Shown here: positions 37,321-51,046 of the stretch, one piece after another
Layout of the letters: each line of letters starts with the position of its first letter
How positions within the stretch are numbered: the stretch's first letter is position 1
Source: Lama glama
Taxonomy: Eukaryota
Assembly (NCBI GenBank): GCA_028534125.1
Contig: CM052816.1
Span: 83,082,001-83,146,000, forward strand
Length of the DNA: 64,000 nt
Direction: 5' to 3'
Notes under the pieces: generated by a model
What the model was told of the DNA's origin: nothing
Seen by the model: the letters and a program-made list of their open reading frames with translations, nothing else
The model's database searches: none
Made by a program: the position numbers and the translations under genes

Positions 37321-38201
37321 GTAAGATACACATATATAACTGTGTAAACACACACAATATTTCACCAGCTTGACATAAATCCTAAGTGTGGAGAACTAGA
37401 GGGACCAAAACTAAACTGAAAGCAGGAACCATGGCGGTATCACAGCATAGCAGACTTGCAGCCTGTTTTCCAACTGACCCCTGGACCAGGAACTACCATT
37501 TGATGATGGCACAGATTGTAAGACAGCAGATAAAGTTAAGGACTGAAGGAGATGAGAGATTTAACAGGCTACTTTTGCATAAAGCTGGGGCCACCAAGGA
37601 CTACAAACTGTGTGTAGAAGTAAACAAGAAATTCTCCCCACCGTGCAAAAGGAGATGGTAAGATTTGTCTGCCTTGAGGTTATAAAAGACAGGATGGAGA
37701 GAAAATATCTACTCAGAGAAGTTGGAATCATAAATGAGTGCTACCATGGGTTTGCAGTCCAAATTCACTCTAATTCTGTGGAAATCCTCCTGAGAAAAAC
37801 CTGTAGAGCCTCCAGACAAGAGGCAGTATCAAATGTAAAGTTCTCTAGAGGAAATTAAATTCAATCCCAGCCTTAAATGGAGATAAAATTCCAAGGAGAA
37901 GAAATTATTCACAGAAAAATAGTATTTTTGACAAACATCAGCACAAAGAAAATAATTATAACTGAGAATCATCAGAAACAAGAGAAAACAGGAAGACATT
38001 CACACAGAGTTCAGATATGGGAATTATGACATGCAAAATAAAAGCATTAATTTGTTTAATAGCTTTGAGTAAATTAAAGAAAAAGTTGAAATTATTTGTG
38101 GGGAATAAGAAACGATGTAGAAGGATAAGCTGATATGAAAAAGAACCAGAGTATGTAGCAGTGAAAAATGTAAACAATAGAATAGAAGTTCAGTGGAAGG
38201 A

Positions 38202-38570
38202 TGTGTTATGAATTGGATTATCATTTCCATTTATTAACCCTGTCTTTCTTGCCTCATTAATGTTGACTTGTCTCCGTGACTTGTCTTGGCTAATGAATGT
38301 TAGCAGATGTGATGCAAAAGAAGCTTTAAAGATGTGTGCAAAATCTGGCTTCACACAAGGAAAGCACGTCCTAAATAGTTGTCACTTCTTTCTGAACTCC
38401 AGAATAAATAAAGACAGGTGAAGGAGACCTGAAACTAACCAAAACCTGAGTGCAGCTGACCAGCCACGTTCAGGGTAAATAACCCAAAACAAAAACATGA
38501 AAATTAACAGGCACAGATCCACAAGGATGATACTTAACGTATGTTAGTGCTATAGGTATCCAAAACTAAG
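38202..38570 (+). mobile_element. MLT1H/I-like LTR nested in the L1
   Basis: gtgacttgtcttggctaatgaatgttagcagatgtgatgca..gaagctttaa. Confidence 0.55.
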
Positions 38571-40616
38571 AAAAGGATGTGTTAAACAGACAAGACAAAA
38601 GTGATTGTTAAATATATGCATCAAAAGTTAATGCACATAGGTAACTTTTTAAAGTGAATAGATATGAAGAAGGTTGGAGATAGAGAGTGGACACTTATTA
38701 GTACGCATTAAATAATCACAGAGAAAATGTGGCACAGGAATATCCAACGAGTAGGTGATAATTGTCCAGAATATTTGAAAGACAGCAACCTCAGATTCAG
38801 GAAGTCTGGTGAATCATAAGCAAGACAAATTAAAAGAAACCCACCTACACACGAAATGGTAATTCAACAGAACACCAGAATAAAAGACAAGATCTTTAAA
38901 AAAGTCACAGAGAAGGATAGATCACTTACTAATCAATGAAAATTAGACTGCTTGCTAACCTATGAACATCAAGAAAATAGTAGAAAGACATCACTAATGT
39001 GTTGAGGGAAACTTTCAACCTGCTCTCTTTTAAGAAACAAGCTGAAACAAAAACATTTCTCTCTATATATAAGCACAGAGATGTTACCACAAAGGGTCCT
39101 ACGCCAAGGAAATTACAAAGAATATATTTTACTTACAAGAAAAAGCAATCAAACAAAAAAAAATCCATGACAAAATCTGAACTGCAACGATAAATGAGAA
39201 AAAATCAGAAATATTTATATATAAGTATTAATAAACATTTAATATAAGATTAATTGTAATGTTGATTTGACATAGAAAGTAAGACCAAAACTAAGACATT
39301 AAATTTTTTATTTTATGCCTTATAAATGGTTTAATCAGAGTTAAAAAATTCTAAGATGGATAATGTTCTGATGAAGAATTAATACCTTGATTAACTTTGG
39401 ACTTTGTAGGGAGTAACTGTCCATTATAATGTAGATGGAGTATTTTTAAAACAAGTATCATAGAATAATTTCCAAACAGTAGAGTGAGAAAATTGAATGA
39501 GGGAATAAAAATAAGACAAGACAATTAAGCCAAAAGAAAAGGATACAGAAAGAAAAAGAGAGAGGAATAAATATATGGCAAATATTAGCATAAAAGAAAA
39601 CTGCAAATATATCAATAATCACAATAAATATATATTACTTTTTCACATTAAAACAAAACTTTTCCTGTTAAAGTCAAACATTTTTCTGAACAGCACCAGT
39701 ATTTTTATATCTATAGCAGTCAAAATATACCTTAATGACAAAAGCATTATTAGAGATAAATTGGGTCATTCCAGAGGAACCAAAACATGTAAAGTGATTC
39801 TTAAACATATACCTCAAAGCAATCTTCAAAACATGAATAACAGATTTTGACCAAAGTAGAATGAGAATTTTGTTAATTTCTGTTATTATCTTGTTTGAAA
39901 TTTTAATGTTTTTAAAATTGATAAATCAGATTAAAATGATAAAAACAGTGTATGTTAATTGTGTAATTAACAAACATCATGTAATGAACTTTGCATTCTA
40001 CAGCTAGAGCATACATGGTCTTTTCAAAAAACACGTGGATTACTAATGTAAACTAACTTCAAGCCTGACCAGAAATGTAACCTCAAAAAGTTTATGAATT
40101 TGTGTTATTTAGTTTTCTGCTTACAATGCAATTACATTAGAAATCAGTTACAAAATATACTGGAAAAACATATTTGATAATATAAGTACATATTCCTAAA
40201 TAAATATGTCATAGAAGAAATCATGGTGTACACTACAAAATATTAAAACAAATGATAATGGAAAGCCTGTATAACTTTTGCAGGATACTACTCACTGGTA
40301 ACTGAGAGATACTTAGTGTTTTATGTATACTTAGAAAAAACGACAGTGTCAAAATTGATGAGGTGAGTCTCCAATGTGAGAAATTAGCTACAGAACAGAA
40401 GTTACTCAATTAGAAGTAAATTATAGAGAAGAATGGAAATTGATGGGGAAAAAAAAGACAAAACCTAAACAAAACAGAACTAAGCTTCGATGTAAAAGAC
40501 CCAAACACCGAAAACTGTTTTCTTTGAAAAGGTTAGCAAAGGAAACACAACACTGGTAAGAGAACCAAGGAAACAAAACAGAGGGCACAAATAGCCAATA
40601 ACAAGAATGACAAATG

Positions 40617-41156
40617 TGTGGAGGAGGAGGACATGTCCCCCTTTACCCATCTTGAGTTCTTAAGGTTGGACTTAAGATGGAATTCACACAAGACAGATCA
40701 ACCACAACAGCAACAAAACCAAGTTCAGTTTTGTGCATGGCGGCCTCATAGAAATGGAACCTAAGAAGTGGCCAAAGCTGTCACCTTTTATATTCTTCAG
40801 ACAAAGAAACAATACATTTGTGAGGAATTGATAAGACAAAGAAACTTACGCTTTGGGTGCTTAATTAGTGAAGAATGTAAACAGATTTTGGGTTTGGGGT
40901 AGCAAAGTCAAGAAGTTAACAGGGTTGTTTATAGAGGCTTCCTGCCCAAATTTCCTGTCTTCAGTGAAGAAGGTGTCTTTCCGCCTCTACGTGCAGGGAG
41001 TACACCTTACATGAGAGGTTTATTTCCTGCTTTCACGGAGATAGAGAGGAGGGTCAGTGTTTCTCTTGCACTGATCTTTTTGTAAGAAACTTTCCCTCAA
41101 AATAATCAATATGTCATTGAGGCATATTTTGGAGTAGCCTCCCCTGGGCTTCAACA
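40617..41156 (-). mobile_element. MER34/LTR39-like ERV1 solo LTR nested in the L1
   Basis: TG...CA ends; 4-bp TSD aatg (40613-16, 41157-60); ctcaaaataatcaatatg..ggcatattttgg. Confidence 0.85.
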
Positions 41157-41784
41157 AATGTCATACAACTACAGGCACTAAAAAGGATTATGAGACTATT
41201 ATAAATACCTTGTGTTAAGGACAAATAATTAAAATCTTCCAGAAAATAGAAATAGAGGGAATAGGGTCCAATTCATTTTATCAATCGAACAAACTCTGAC
41301 ATCCAAATAAAATAAGGACAAAACAAGAAAAAAAGCTACATTTCTGTTTCATTCACAGCCCTCCTTAGATAAGGAATTTGATTTTCAGAAAACAAACAAA
41401 CAAAAAAGTTTAGATCTTGGGAGAACTTGAAAACTTAGCTAAATGAGGAGGTCTATATAAAAGGAACTTAGAACATAACATCATAAAACAGAAGCCACAT
41501 TTTGAGAACAAGCCGGCAGGCAATTTGCAGACCAAAGGTTATCAGATTTCCTCATGTTTCCTAGTAACAGTAGCTATTACAGAAACAAAATCACTGATGA
41601 TGGAAAATCTTTTTAAAAATGTATCCATAAGGGGTCTCAAACTGGTCATGCTGGTTGAATTGCCTGAATGGTTTTGTGTGATCATCCCAGATTTTTCAAA
41701 TGTGTGTGTGAATGCTTTTAGACACAGTTAAGTGCTCACCTGTTGAGAGTCAACATCACTCTCTCTCTCTCTCTATATATATAT

Positions 41785-42325
41785 TTATTTATTTAAAAAA
41801 CATAAGATCAGCCCTCTTAACAAAATATTCTTTGTAGAGGACAGTGTTTTTAACTATAAACACAATGTGTGCAAACCTCTAGAAATTTTTCATCTTGCAT
41901 ACCTGAAACCTGATATCCAGTGAATAGCAACTCCTCATTTCCCTTTTTCCCAGCCCCTGACAACCACAGGTCTACCTTCAGTTTTTATGAGTTGACTACT
42001 CTTGAATACCTCATCTAAGTAGAATCATTGATTATTTGTCCTTATCTCACTTAGCATATTTGTGGCTTATTTCATTTAGCATAACATAAAGTGGTACAGC
42101 TGCTGTATGGAACTTCAAAAAATTAAAGATAGAGCTGCCATATACCATATGACTCAGCATCCCCACTTCTGGGTGTTTTTCTGGAAGAATTAAAATCAAA
42201 TATTGAAGAGACATTTGCACTGTCATGTTCATAGCAGCCTTATTCACAATAGCCAAGATGTGGAAGCAACCTAAATGTTCACCTATGGATGAATGGATAA
42301 AGAAACAGTGACATACAACAAAATG
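41785..42325 (-). mobile_element. L1MA/MB-type LINE-1 with 5' inversion
   Basis: 41785-42085 is antisense 3' UTR; 42090-42325 is sense ORF2 end (atgttcatagcagccttattcacaatagccaagatgtggaagcaacctaaatg). Confidence 0.8.
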
Positions 42326-43026
42326 TTTTATTTTTATCTTCTGCCCAGTTTGATTCCCTCTTTCATTACCTACTTGATATAGGTCATCAATTGAGCTTGC
42401 AAACCCTCCCTCCTCACCCTTCTGTTAACCAAACCCGGTGTGCAGGTCACCATATTTTTCTCCATGTTCATCTTACCAGCTGCAAATGTATACAACATTA
42501 ATATTCATTCACAGAGATTTTTCTCACAGTTTTATTACAAGTCTAAGATCATTTTATTTAGAGTATTCTGAATCTTGTCCTCTCTTAATAACCATGAAAT
42601 AACTTCAAATCTTCAAATAGTCAGCTATAGTTCTAACTTATATATACTGTTTCATAGAATAGCTGTAGTACATTTGTTTTTTAAACACTTCTCTGATAGG
42701 CTCCTACTTTGTTTTCTTCTTGAAAACTAGCTTTTTTATTTACTTCTTATTTTCATTCCTTTCTTTTCTCTTTTAAAAACTTATTCAGCACATGGACCCT
42801 GTTGGGTTTGACCCCTTCTAGTTCCTTTTCTCTCATTGTTTTTTCAGATATGTCCTTTGAAATTTTCCAAATACCATCTTTCAGATCCTCAGCAGTTGCT
42901 ATTCAACTATTCAGTATTTTATTGTATTTTTTTTCCAGTTGCTAATTTCTGGGAGTCTACTTCTTTACATTGAGTACTTTTTTTCTTTTTTAGAAGTGAC
43001 ATCCTAATTTTGCAGATACTACTTAA

Positions 43027-43308
43027 ATTTTTTATTTATTTTATTGAAGTATAGTCAGTTTACAATATTGTGTTAATTTCTAGTGTATAGCATAGTGATT
43101 CAGTCACACATATATATACTTTTTTCATATTCTTTTTCATTATAGGCTATTATGAGATACTGAATATAGTTCCCTGTCCTATACAGTAGAACTTGGTTGT
43201 TTATCTATTTTATATATAGTAGTTAGTATTTGCAAGTCCTGAGCTCCCATTTTATCTCTCTACCCCACCCCCCTACCCCATCACTGCTTTCCCCCTTGGT
43301 AACCATAA
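43027..43308 (-). mobile_element. Young L1 3' UTR fragment
   Basis: ttttattgaagtatagtcagtttacaat..ttggtaaccataa. Confidence 0.9.
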
Positions 43309-43454
43309 ATAAAACACTAATTAGATTATTTTAAAATACTCAACATAACTGGTTTACTTGCAGGATGCTAAAGATAATGACAAAGTTTATTTAGCTAAGA
43401 CCTGCCTTTAAAAAGGAAACTCTATGTTTAGCACCTCCTATTCACCGCACTGGT

Positions 43455-43921
43455 GAGGAAGGGTTTCTTACTGTGGGGTTGTATGGTTATAGCATGGCTG
43501 GCACATGACACTTCATACTGGACAGATGAGGCTGACAGAAGTCTTTCAGTTACAAATACTCACACACTGGGAGAGGAGGACAGAGCACTCCATTCAGGAA
43601 TACGTGGCAGCTGCACCTGGGACCAGAGTGAACAACCAGGGGCTCTGGGAGGCAGTCACTGTAGTAAGAGAAGGAAGAGGTGGCCCCTGATTGACTTGTT
43701 TGAATCATTCCATTGGCTGGCAGGGAACTGCAACATGCTACTCAGGTATAAGCAGGACTGGCCTGGTTCCCTCGACAAGAAGCCAAGTTTGGCTCAGGGA
43801 CCTCCTCTCGGGGAGCAGAGCAGTGAGAGGAATTGTGATTAGGCCATTCCAGCTACTCCTAGTTTCATAAGATGTCAAATCAGCACATGATATTGCACCT
43901 TAATGTTAGGATTTACACCAC
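43455..43921 (-). mobile_element. MER54-like ERVL LTR
   Basis: Reverse strand begins tggtgtaaatcctaacattaagg..atcatgtgctgatttgacatc..gaatggcctaa, matching my recollection of the MER54 5' end. Confidence 0.6.
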
Positions 43922-44833
43922 CTATTCAAATATAACAGATTAAACACAATGAAAATAAAAAAAAAGATAACAAAGCCTTGCTAGATATTATTGAAGAAAA
44001 ATTGAAAAGAAGACAATAAGGAGCTTCACTTATATACCATAATTTTGTCAGTTGTCTCTCAATAAAGCTGAAATTAAAACATCAATAAAATTAAACATTA
44101 AAAAAAGATTCTTTAAGGCCTAAGTTAATTACTTTTGTATTTAAAATAAATAAAGGCATTGTAAAAGGAAATGAAGCTTATTTAACTTGAAAGTGATAAT
44201 AGCTAGAAACCCTATTGAAATGACATTTAAACTCTATTCCCATACATAGTGTTTCTGTAAAATAATATATCAGCTGTGGGCTTATAATAGTTTTATTAAT
44301 TTTAGTGTGTTAATGTACTTGGAAATATGTATCAATAGAATTAGATTGAGATAGAGATGTAAAAAACATCATTTTTTCTATGTATCTTACTGGTAAGGAT
44401 ACCCATAATTAACATTTCAAGATTACAGAATGTCTTGTACAGAATTTAAGCAATGCAGGTCGCACACACATACACAGGCACAAATTTGCTTATTGAACAC
44501 TTTCATCCAATCATTCAGGAAGTATTTATTGAACAATATGCACTTCACTGGGCCAGTCCCCAAGAGGAATATAGACATACTCTCCATGTGTTCATGATAC
44601 AAGAGAGGGGACAGATGTGCACTGCAGAAACTAAATAGAACATTTTGATAAGCTTGAACATGAGCTAGTGTTGTGGGTGTATGTGTGAAAGTTGGTAATA
44701 ATATATACTGGGAGATATTAATTTGATATTAAAAAATAGACCAATACCTATTCAAGGACTTCTAGAACTAGTGTTTCATATTTGTAATTTGCTATTTAAT
44801 TTATAATTATTAAAATTATATAGTATTTCCTAT

Positions 44834-45100
44834 ATAGAAAACAAACTTATGGTTACCAAAGGGTATAGGAGGGAGGGATAAATTAAGAGTCTAGGATTAA
44901 TGTATACATACTGCTATATGAAAATAGATAAACAACAAGGATGGGGAACTATATTCTGTATCTTGTAATAACTTACCAAGGAAAAGAACCTGAATTTATA
45001 TGTATATAAAATTGAATCACTTTGCTGTACAACTGAAACTAACACAACATTGTAAATCAACTGTACGTCAATAAAAACAAAACAAAACAGAACAAAAAAA
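44834..45100 (+). mobile_element. Young L1 3' UTR fragment with A tail
   Basis: atagaaaacaaacttatggttaccaaaggg..gaatcactttgctgtacaactgaaactaacacaacattgtaaatcaact..aataaa then A-rich tail. Confidence 0.9.
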
Positions 45101-46369
45101 GTATAAACAGCAATTAATTTTCAGAAACCTATTTAGAGTAATTCAATTACATGTATCTTGACTAATATTTTACCAAATGACATCTAAACTTACAAAAAGA
45201 TAGTCTAACTTTTGTGGAGATCATTGTATGTTTTGTTTTGTATAAATACACTTCTTTTGTATGTTTTGCTTAGGAATTTTTTCCCACATTCAAACTGTTT
45301 TAACTATTTTTCATACCATTATGTGTGTATCTTTCAGTCTTTTTAATTGCTGCATAGTATTTTGTAGTTTTCTGTATTATAATTTATCTAATCCTTTCAA
45401 ATTTGGTCATTTAGGTTGTTTTTATATATTTATATTTATAAGCAAAGTTAGATGAAAGCTTTTATCTGACTCTATCTGCAGATATTTCTCTAGGAAAGTA
45501 AGTGAAATATGGAATTTTTACTTTAATTGCAATATTTTAATGGCCTTTTTTTTCCCTTAAATTTTTAGTTTTCTTTAGGATTTATCTTGGTCCTTCTCTT
45601 TTTGGCTATTCTTATTGGTGAGTGTTTTCTGACATTGTTTGTCCTTTATATTAGTGAATAAAGAATTCATTTAATTAATTTAGATAGTAGCTTTAAGATG
45701 TGCATTTTGAAATTACTTGGCCTAAACAATTTATTCTCTGAAGTAGAAGGCTGGATGCAGAGAGATACAAATGAATGGAATTTATAAAATATCAGGCTCT
45801 GATTAAAAGTGTTGAGTGTGTTGGCCAGAATTTACCTTAATTGCAGGTTTAAAATCAGACCCCAGCTGCTTCCAAGTCTCTGATCTGTTCAAGTCCACCA
45901 TCCCCCACTGATAAGATTTAGGAGAAGATGTGATGCAGCTTCATGATAAACGTTTTGAGGTTGATGGATGAAGAGAGAGAAGTCAATAATGCCTACATTT
46001 TATAATTTTCCAAGGTGCTAAAAACAGGCTCCCCTCTGAGACTCTTTCTGATTCAGTCCTTTAGGTAAATCTTGGGGCCCTTAAACGCAGCAGGAATATT
46101 GTATTTCACACAATCTTACGAACTCAGTTTTCTGAGAGCTGCATGGTGCTGTTCATTACCACTGAGAAAGGCCACCGCAGTGCGGTAATAAAAAGAGGAA
46201 GGCATTTGCCAAATCTAAGTGGCCTCAGATTTATTTTTTATGCCTTCAGAAGCATGGTCAGTGAACCAAATAAAATGATCTGTGGTTTGTCTTTGGGCAG
46301 CACAACTGTGCCAGCAAATATGAAACGAAGTTCACAGAAAAAGAAAAGTCTTCTGAATAGTTACTTTGT

Positions 46370-46545
46370 GGGGATTCTCAGTTTTGGCTGTACCTTGAAA
46401 TAATCTGCGAATCTGTCTCAAAAGATTGATTCCCAGGCCTATTTCAGACCATTTGATTCAGAATTCCTAGCGGTAGGTCCAGGTACTGGCGTATTTTATG
46501 GTTATCCCGATGATTCTTGTGCATAGCTGGCTTGGGAATCACTAT
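46370..46545. mobile_element. MER5-like hAT-Charlie element
   Basis: gattcccaggcct..tcagaattcctagcggtaggtccagg..gatgattctt..ttgggaatcact. Confidence 0.55.
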
Positions 46546-46671
46546 GGATTTGTGGATAAAGAGCAAACTTCCTGGCTTGGGAGACTCCGGAAATCTGTAC
46601 CAAGTAATTATGACTTTTCTCCATGTAAACAAATACTTCTTTTTGAGAAAGTGTTGCCTTTATCGGATTTG

Positions 46672-46674
<3 letters not shown>

Positions 46675-46708
<34 letters not shown>

Positions 46709-46714
46709 TGTGTG
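46675..46714. repeat. (TG)n microsatellite
   Basis: (TG)15 followed by an interrupted extension. Confidence 0.95.
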
Positions 46715-47399
46715 CTCCTGCTCCGCACTTGTTGTGGAGGATTCAAATTATAACAGTAATATTATATTGTAACGGCTTTTGCAATTCTCTCATATACTAG
46801 GATCCTGAACCCATACAAGGTAATTAATTTTTATGAAGATATTTTTTCTAGTCTTGTCCTGGGAAAAAATACTTAGGGACAGATACTCCTTCCTTAATAA
46901 CTTTCCATTTGTGGAGGGGTAAGGTAAGGGCAGACTGGCTTAGTTCATCTCAATAATATTAAAGTAACTCTATAATTAATGTAATAATTAATTAAAATAG
47001 CTCTCCAGTTAATCACTACAATTAACGTCATGTAGTACACCTCTCTCTTCTGTAACTCAGAAAAACTACTATGTTTTTGCATATTCAGGGATGTGGCTTT
47101 CTATTCTTGGGCTTGTCTCTTTATTATGTAATACTAGCCAACTTACACTTTTTAGTAGCTCGTCAAACTTTCTGAAATTGGAGGAGATACCCCATCCTAT
47201 ATTATTTTACCATTAATGTATGTATTTGTATTTCTAAAGTTTTATTCTAATTTTAATAATTAGATTCAATTCAGGAGTTCATGTATCTGGATCTACTATC
47301 TTGAAAGGAAGACATTCTTATTTAATTTTGTTTAATTGATTAAAACACATTTATTTACTTTTATTAAATATTTATTAATATAATGTGGTTTTATCTCAA

Positions 47400-48980
47400 A
47401 TCCAGAGTCAATGCAGAGATGGACCTATTCGTTTCATTAAGACAAGGAAAACAAATGATTTTAATAATGCAATTTTAATATAAAGTGCCAAAGAACCTAG
47501 AAATAAAATATTAGGCTATTTAGAGAGAGATAAGCATAAATTCAGAATGTGTATATAAAGAAACAAACAAATTGCATTTCTGCACTTCAACAACAGTTAG
47601 AAAATAAACACAGAGGACACACAATAGTATAAATGTCTAGGAATAAATTTAAATAAAAGCTAGACAAAAAATTCATGAAATAATTATAAAATTCTACTTA
47701 AATATAAATAAAATCTTGACTAAATGGAGATAGGTCAAAGTCATAGATCTCAATCTTCAAATTTATCTATAGATATAGCATTAACATGCAGTCCCTATAG
47801 AAACTTCAGTTGTTTTGAATGACTTGATAATCTGACTTGATTGATATCAAGGAGCAAATGTCAAAAATATCTATTCCAGAAGAAGAAGTGGAAGGGTGTC
47901 TAAAATTTATCAAGATTAGTGAAGGTAAAGAAATTAAAATATAGTACTGAAACAGGTTGGAAATTTGAATAGCAGTATACTATTAAGAAGCCAGAGAGAA
48001 ACTGACAAATATATTTGAATTTGCTTTGAGTCTGTTTGTAGTGTTTGTTACCGCATTAAAATCTACTCCAATATTTAGTGATTTAAACAAATACTGACCT
48101 AATTTGCTCATGAATCAGCAAGTTGATCTCATTCTTCTGGTTCACAAAGTATGGACTGAGGTACAGGAATGGCTGGAAATTCCAAAATACCCTCACTCAA
48201 TGGCTTGGAGTTGGTACTGTATAATGGTTAGCATTTCACCTGCAGCAGTCAGTAGAGAGCATGGTTTGCCTTCATTTTAGCCTTTCAGCATAGTCCTTGG
48301 GTTTCCTTGCAGTATGCTGGGGAGGCTGGGTTCCAAGAAGGGGTATTCCCAAATGAAGATGAAAGCTGCACTCACTTAATGCCCAGTTTCAGAATTAAAC
48401 AGTGTGACATCCCACCTCATTTTGTCATTAGAACAGCTCACAGGACTAGCTAAGATTCAAAGGGGAGGGAAACTAAACTCCTTCTTTTTGTGGGAGTGGC
48501 AAGGTCACACTGCAGGAAAGCTTGTGGAATGGGAGGTACTACTACAGCCAATATGCAAACATTACTTCAAAATCATACTGGCTGTCATCTATCACTGGGG
48601 AAATGATGGGCTTTCCAATAAACTGTGGTGGGACAATTGATAATTCCTTAGGGGGGAAACAATATAAAACTTAAGAGCTTTTGTTCTAAATTAATAATTA
48701 GACATTATAATTATTGACACAAGATAAACCACACGATAGAAGATGTTTGTAACTCATATGACCTAACAAAGGACAGTAACCTGAATATAAACAAAATTAC
48801 TCAAAATCATTAAGAAATGGAATACAAAAATAGTTAAAAGAAATTAATAGAAATTTCACAAAAATGAAGAATAAATGGCTTATATAAAAGGATGATCAAC
48901 CTCAGTCAAGAGAATACAAATCAAAATTATAATGACATCTATTTTTAAATTCATGAGGTTGAAAAAAACAGAAATTACCA
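47400..48980 (+). mobile_element. Ancient L1ME-like ORF2 remnant interrupted by MLT1
   Basis: ctaggaataaattt, aaatggagatag, ttccaataaactgtggtgggacaattga and aaaggatgatcaacctcagtc are L1 ORF2-like motifs. Confidence 0.55.
48030..48565 (-). mobile_element. MLT1H-like LTR
   Basis: tttagtgatttaaacaa..tttgctcatgaatc..ggctgggttccaaga..agattcaaaggggaggga..ggagtggcaaggtcacactgca. Confidence 0.7.
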
Positions 48981-48993
48981 TATATTTACCAAG

Positions 48994-49052
48994 ATACATA
49001 TATATGTATATATATATGTGTACATATATATATTTTATATATATACACACAT

Positions 49053-49086
<34 letters not shown>
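48994..49086. repeat. Compound (TA)n/(CA)n microsatellite
   Basis: Mixed TA and CA runs flanked on both sides by accaagata. Confidence 0.9.
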
Positions 49087-50277
49087 CAAGATATATTTAC
49101 AAGGAGGGGAGGCTCACTCTAAGTTCATTTTTCTTTGAGGATTTTTTTTTTCTTCCAAATGAAAGGATTTATTAGGCACCATGTGATTCCACTCAGAGTT
49201 TTGAACAAAGTTGTGAAAGATATGCACTAGATTTGATCTTTATTTCAAAGCTTAGTTCTAATGGTATTTATAGTTCAAAGGCTTTCTGACTTGTATCTCT
49301 TCTTAGTTGCTTATTCCAAACATACACATCTTTGAATCACTGGACCTTCTTTATTCCCTTTCATTTCATCATTCACACCAGCCAGTTCCTTTCCTCGCTC
49401 ATTCCTTTCTGGTAAAATGTTGTCAAGTGTTGCCAGTGAAATCAATGCATACCATACCACTAAAATTCTGCTTTCCAAGCCCTCTTGCTAATGCTAGATA
49501 TTCATGTGTGTATCATCTGTCTTTTGAATTATTTTCATCAAATATTTTACCACTGTGTTATATGGATTTTCTTCTTTCCAGCTTCCAACCACTCTTCCTG
49601 CATTGCCCATTTGTATGATTCTATACACACACACACACACACACGATATGTGGTAAAAATACATAAGTGACAAAAATTTTAAAGAAAAGTGGGACAAAAA
49701 GTAATAAAAATAGGGAATGGTTATTTATATGGGGAGAAGAAAGGTGGTGCCAATATGAAAAGCAGTATGTTTCTAAGATATGTGATATGGTTTGTCACCT
49801 AGTTGCTAAGTACGTGAATTTATAATCTTATACTGTTTTTTTAAACTTAACAGATATACTTTCACACACTTCTTTGGGATATATGCTATAACTCTTGCAG
49901 TTTACAAATACTAGGTGCCCTCATTAGACAGAGCAGGCCACTAACTCTGCTTAGAGAGGCTGACTTTAAGAAAGATTATTGAGGTCTGGATACATCACAT
50001 ATAAGGTAACTATTTGGGAAAGATCCCTACTGAAGGAGAATAGAAAGTTAAACACTATTTGCAGAATATCAAAGCAAATTAAAGAATCTTTGGAGAAATT
50101 CGGGCGGTTAGTGAGCATTGGATCTAAATGTGAATTTAACAAATTAGGAAATAGAAAACATTTTGCTAGGAAAATATGAAGTCGCTTCAGAATTTTAGTT
50201 TTTATTTTTATGAAATTAAGACCATGACTGCTGATGACATGAGATGCTGAGGGCAATATTAAAAGAAGAATACTTTA

Positions 50278-51046
50278 TGTGATATAAAAATAGAAAAAAT
50301 TTTGAACTTTGTCCCAGGGCCCTGGCGTAAAGCTCCTAAAACCCTTGGAATTTCCTGGGTGATGGGAGTGTCTTTTGTTACTCCTAAGGAGCCCCTTTTT
50401 CAGCAACTCTGAATTTTTGCTAAGAAGGGGACTTAAAACTGGGCTCCTAGGTAGCTCAGAATTGGGGCTGGTCACCAGAAATATCAAGTAATTAAAAGTT
50501 GAAACTGCCAGCCCCAGGCAGGGATTTCTGGAAAAGAGGGCAGGGCTGTAGATTAAGCTCTATAAAAACTCTTGAACAGTAGTAGTTGACAAACTTCCAG
50601 GTTGGTGAACGCATACACATGCTGGGAGTGTGGTGCACCCCACTTCCTCGGGTACAAAGGCTTCTACACTTGGGACCTTCCGGACCTTGCTCCGTGTACC
50701 TCCTCTGGCCCTTCACTTGTCTCCTTTATCATATACTTCATAATGAACTGGTAAACATGAGGAAATGTTTCTCTGAGCTCTGTGAACTGCTGCAACAAAT
50801 TAACGGAAACTGAGCAAGGGGATGTGAGGATGTGAAGATCTAAATTCATAGTCAGTCATCAGACACATGGGACTTGTGACTGGCATCTGGAGTAGGGGCA
50901 GTCTTGTGAAACTGAGCACTTAACTGATGCTATCTGCTGCTGTCTCCAGACAGATAGTGTCAGAATTGAGTTAACTTTGTAGGACACGGTGAGTCAGTAT
51001 CCACTGAGAATTGGAGAATTGCTTGGTGATGTTGGAAAATACACAT
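50278..51046 (+). mobile_element. MER21-like LTR
   Basis: tgtgatata start; agctcctaaaacccttggaatttcctg, ggggctggtcaccagaaa and gatagtgtcagaattgagtt. Confidence 0.85.

Larger units (their letters stand above)
37850..41350 (+). mobile_element. Ancient decayed LINE-1 (ORF1 through ORF2 endonuclease region), interrupted by two LTRs
   Basis: A-rich sense bias; cagattcaggaagtc..aaagaaacccacctacac..aaagacaagatcttt resembles the ORF1 RRM region; ORF2-like motifs at 39.9-40.6 kb. Confidence 0.6.

Noticed and set aside
43453..43842. 129-aa ORF with a signal-peptide-like start
   Set aside because: Lies within an LTR relic, uses a non-ATG start and shows no homology I recognise
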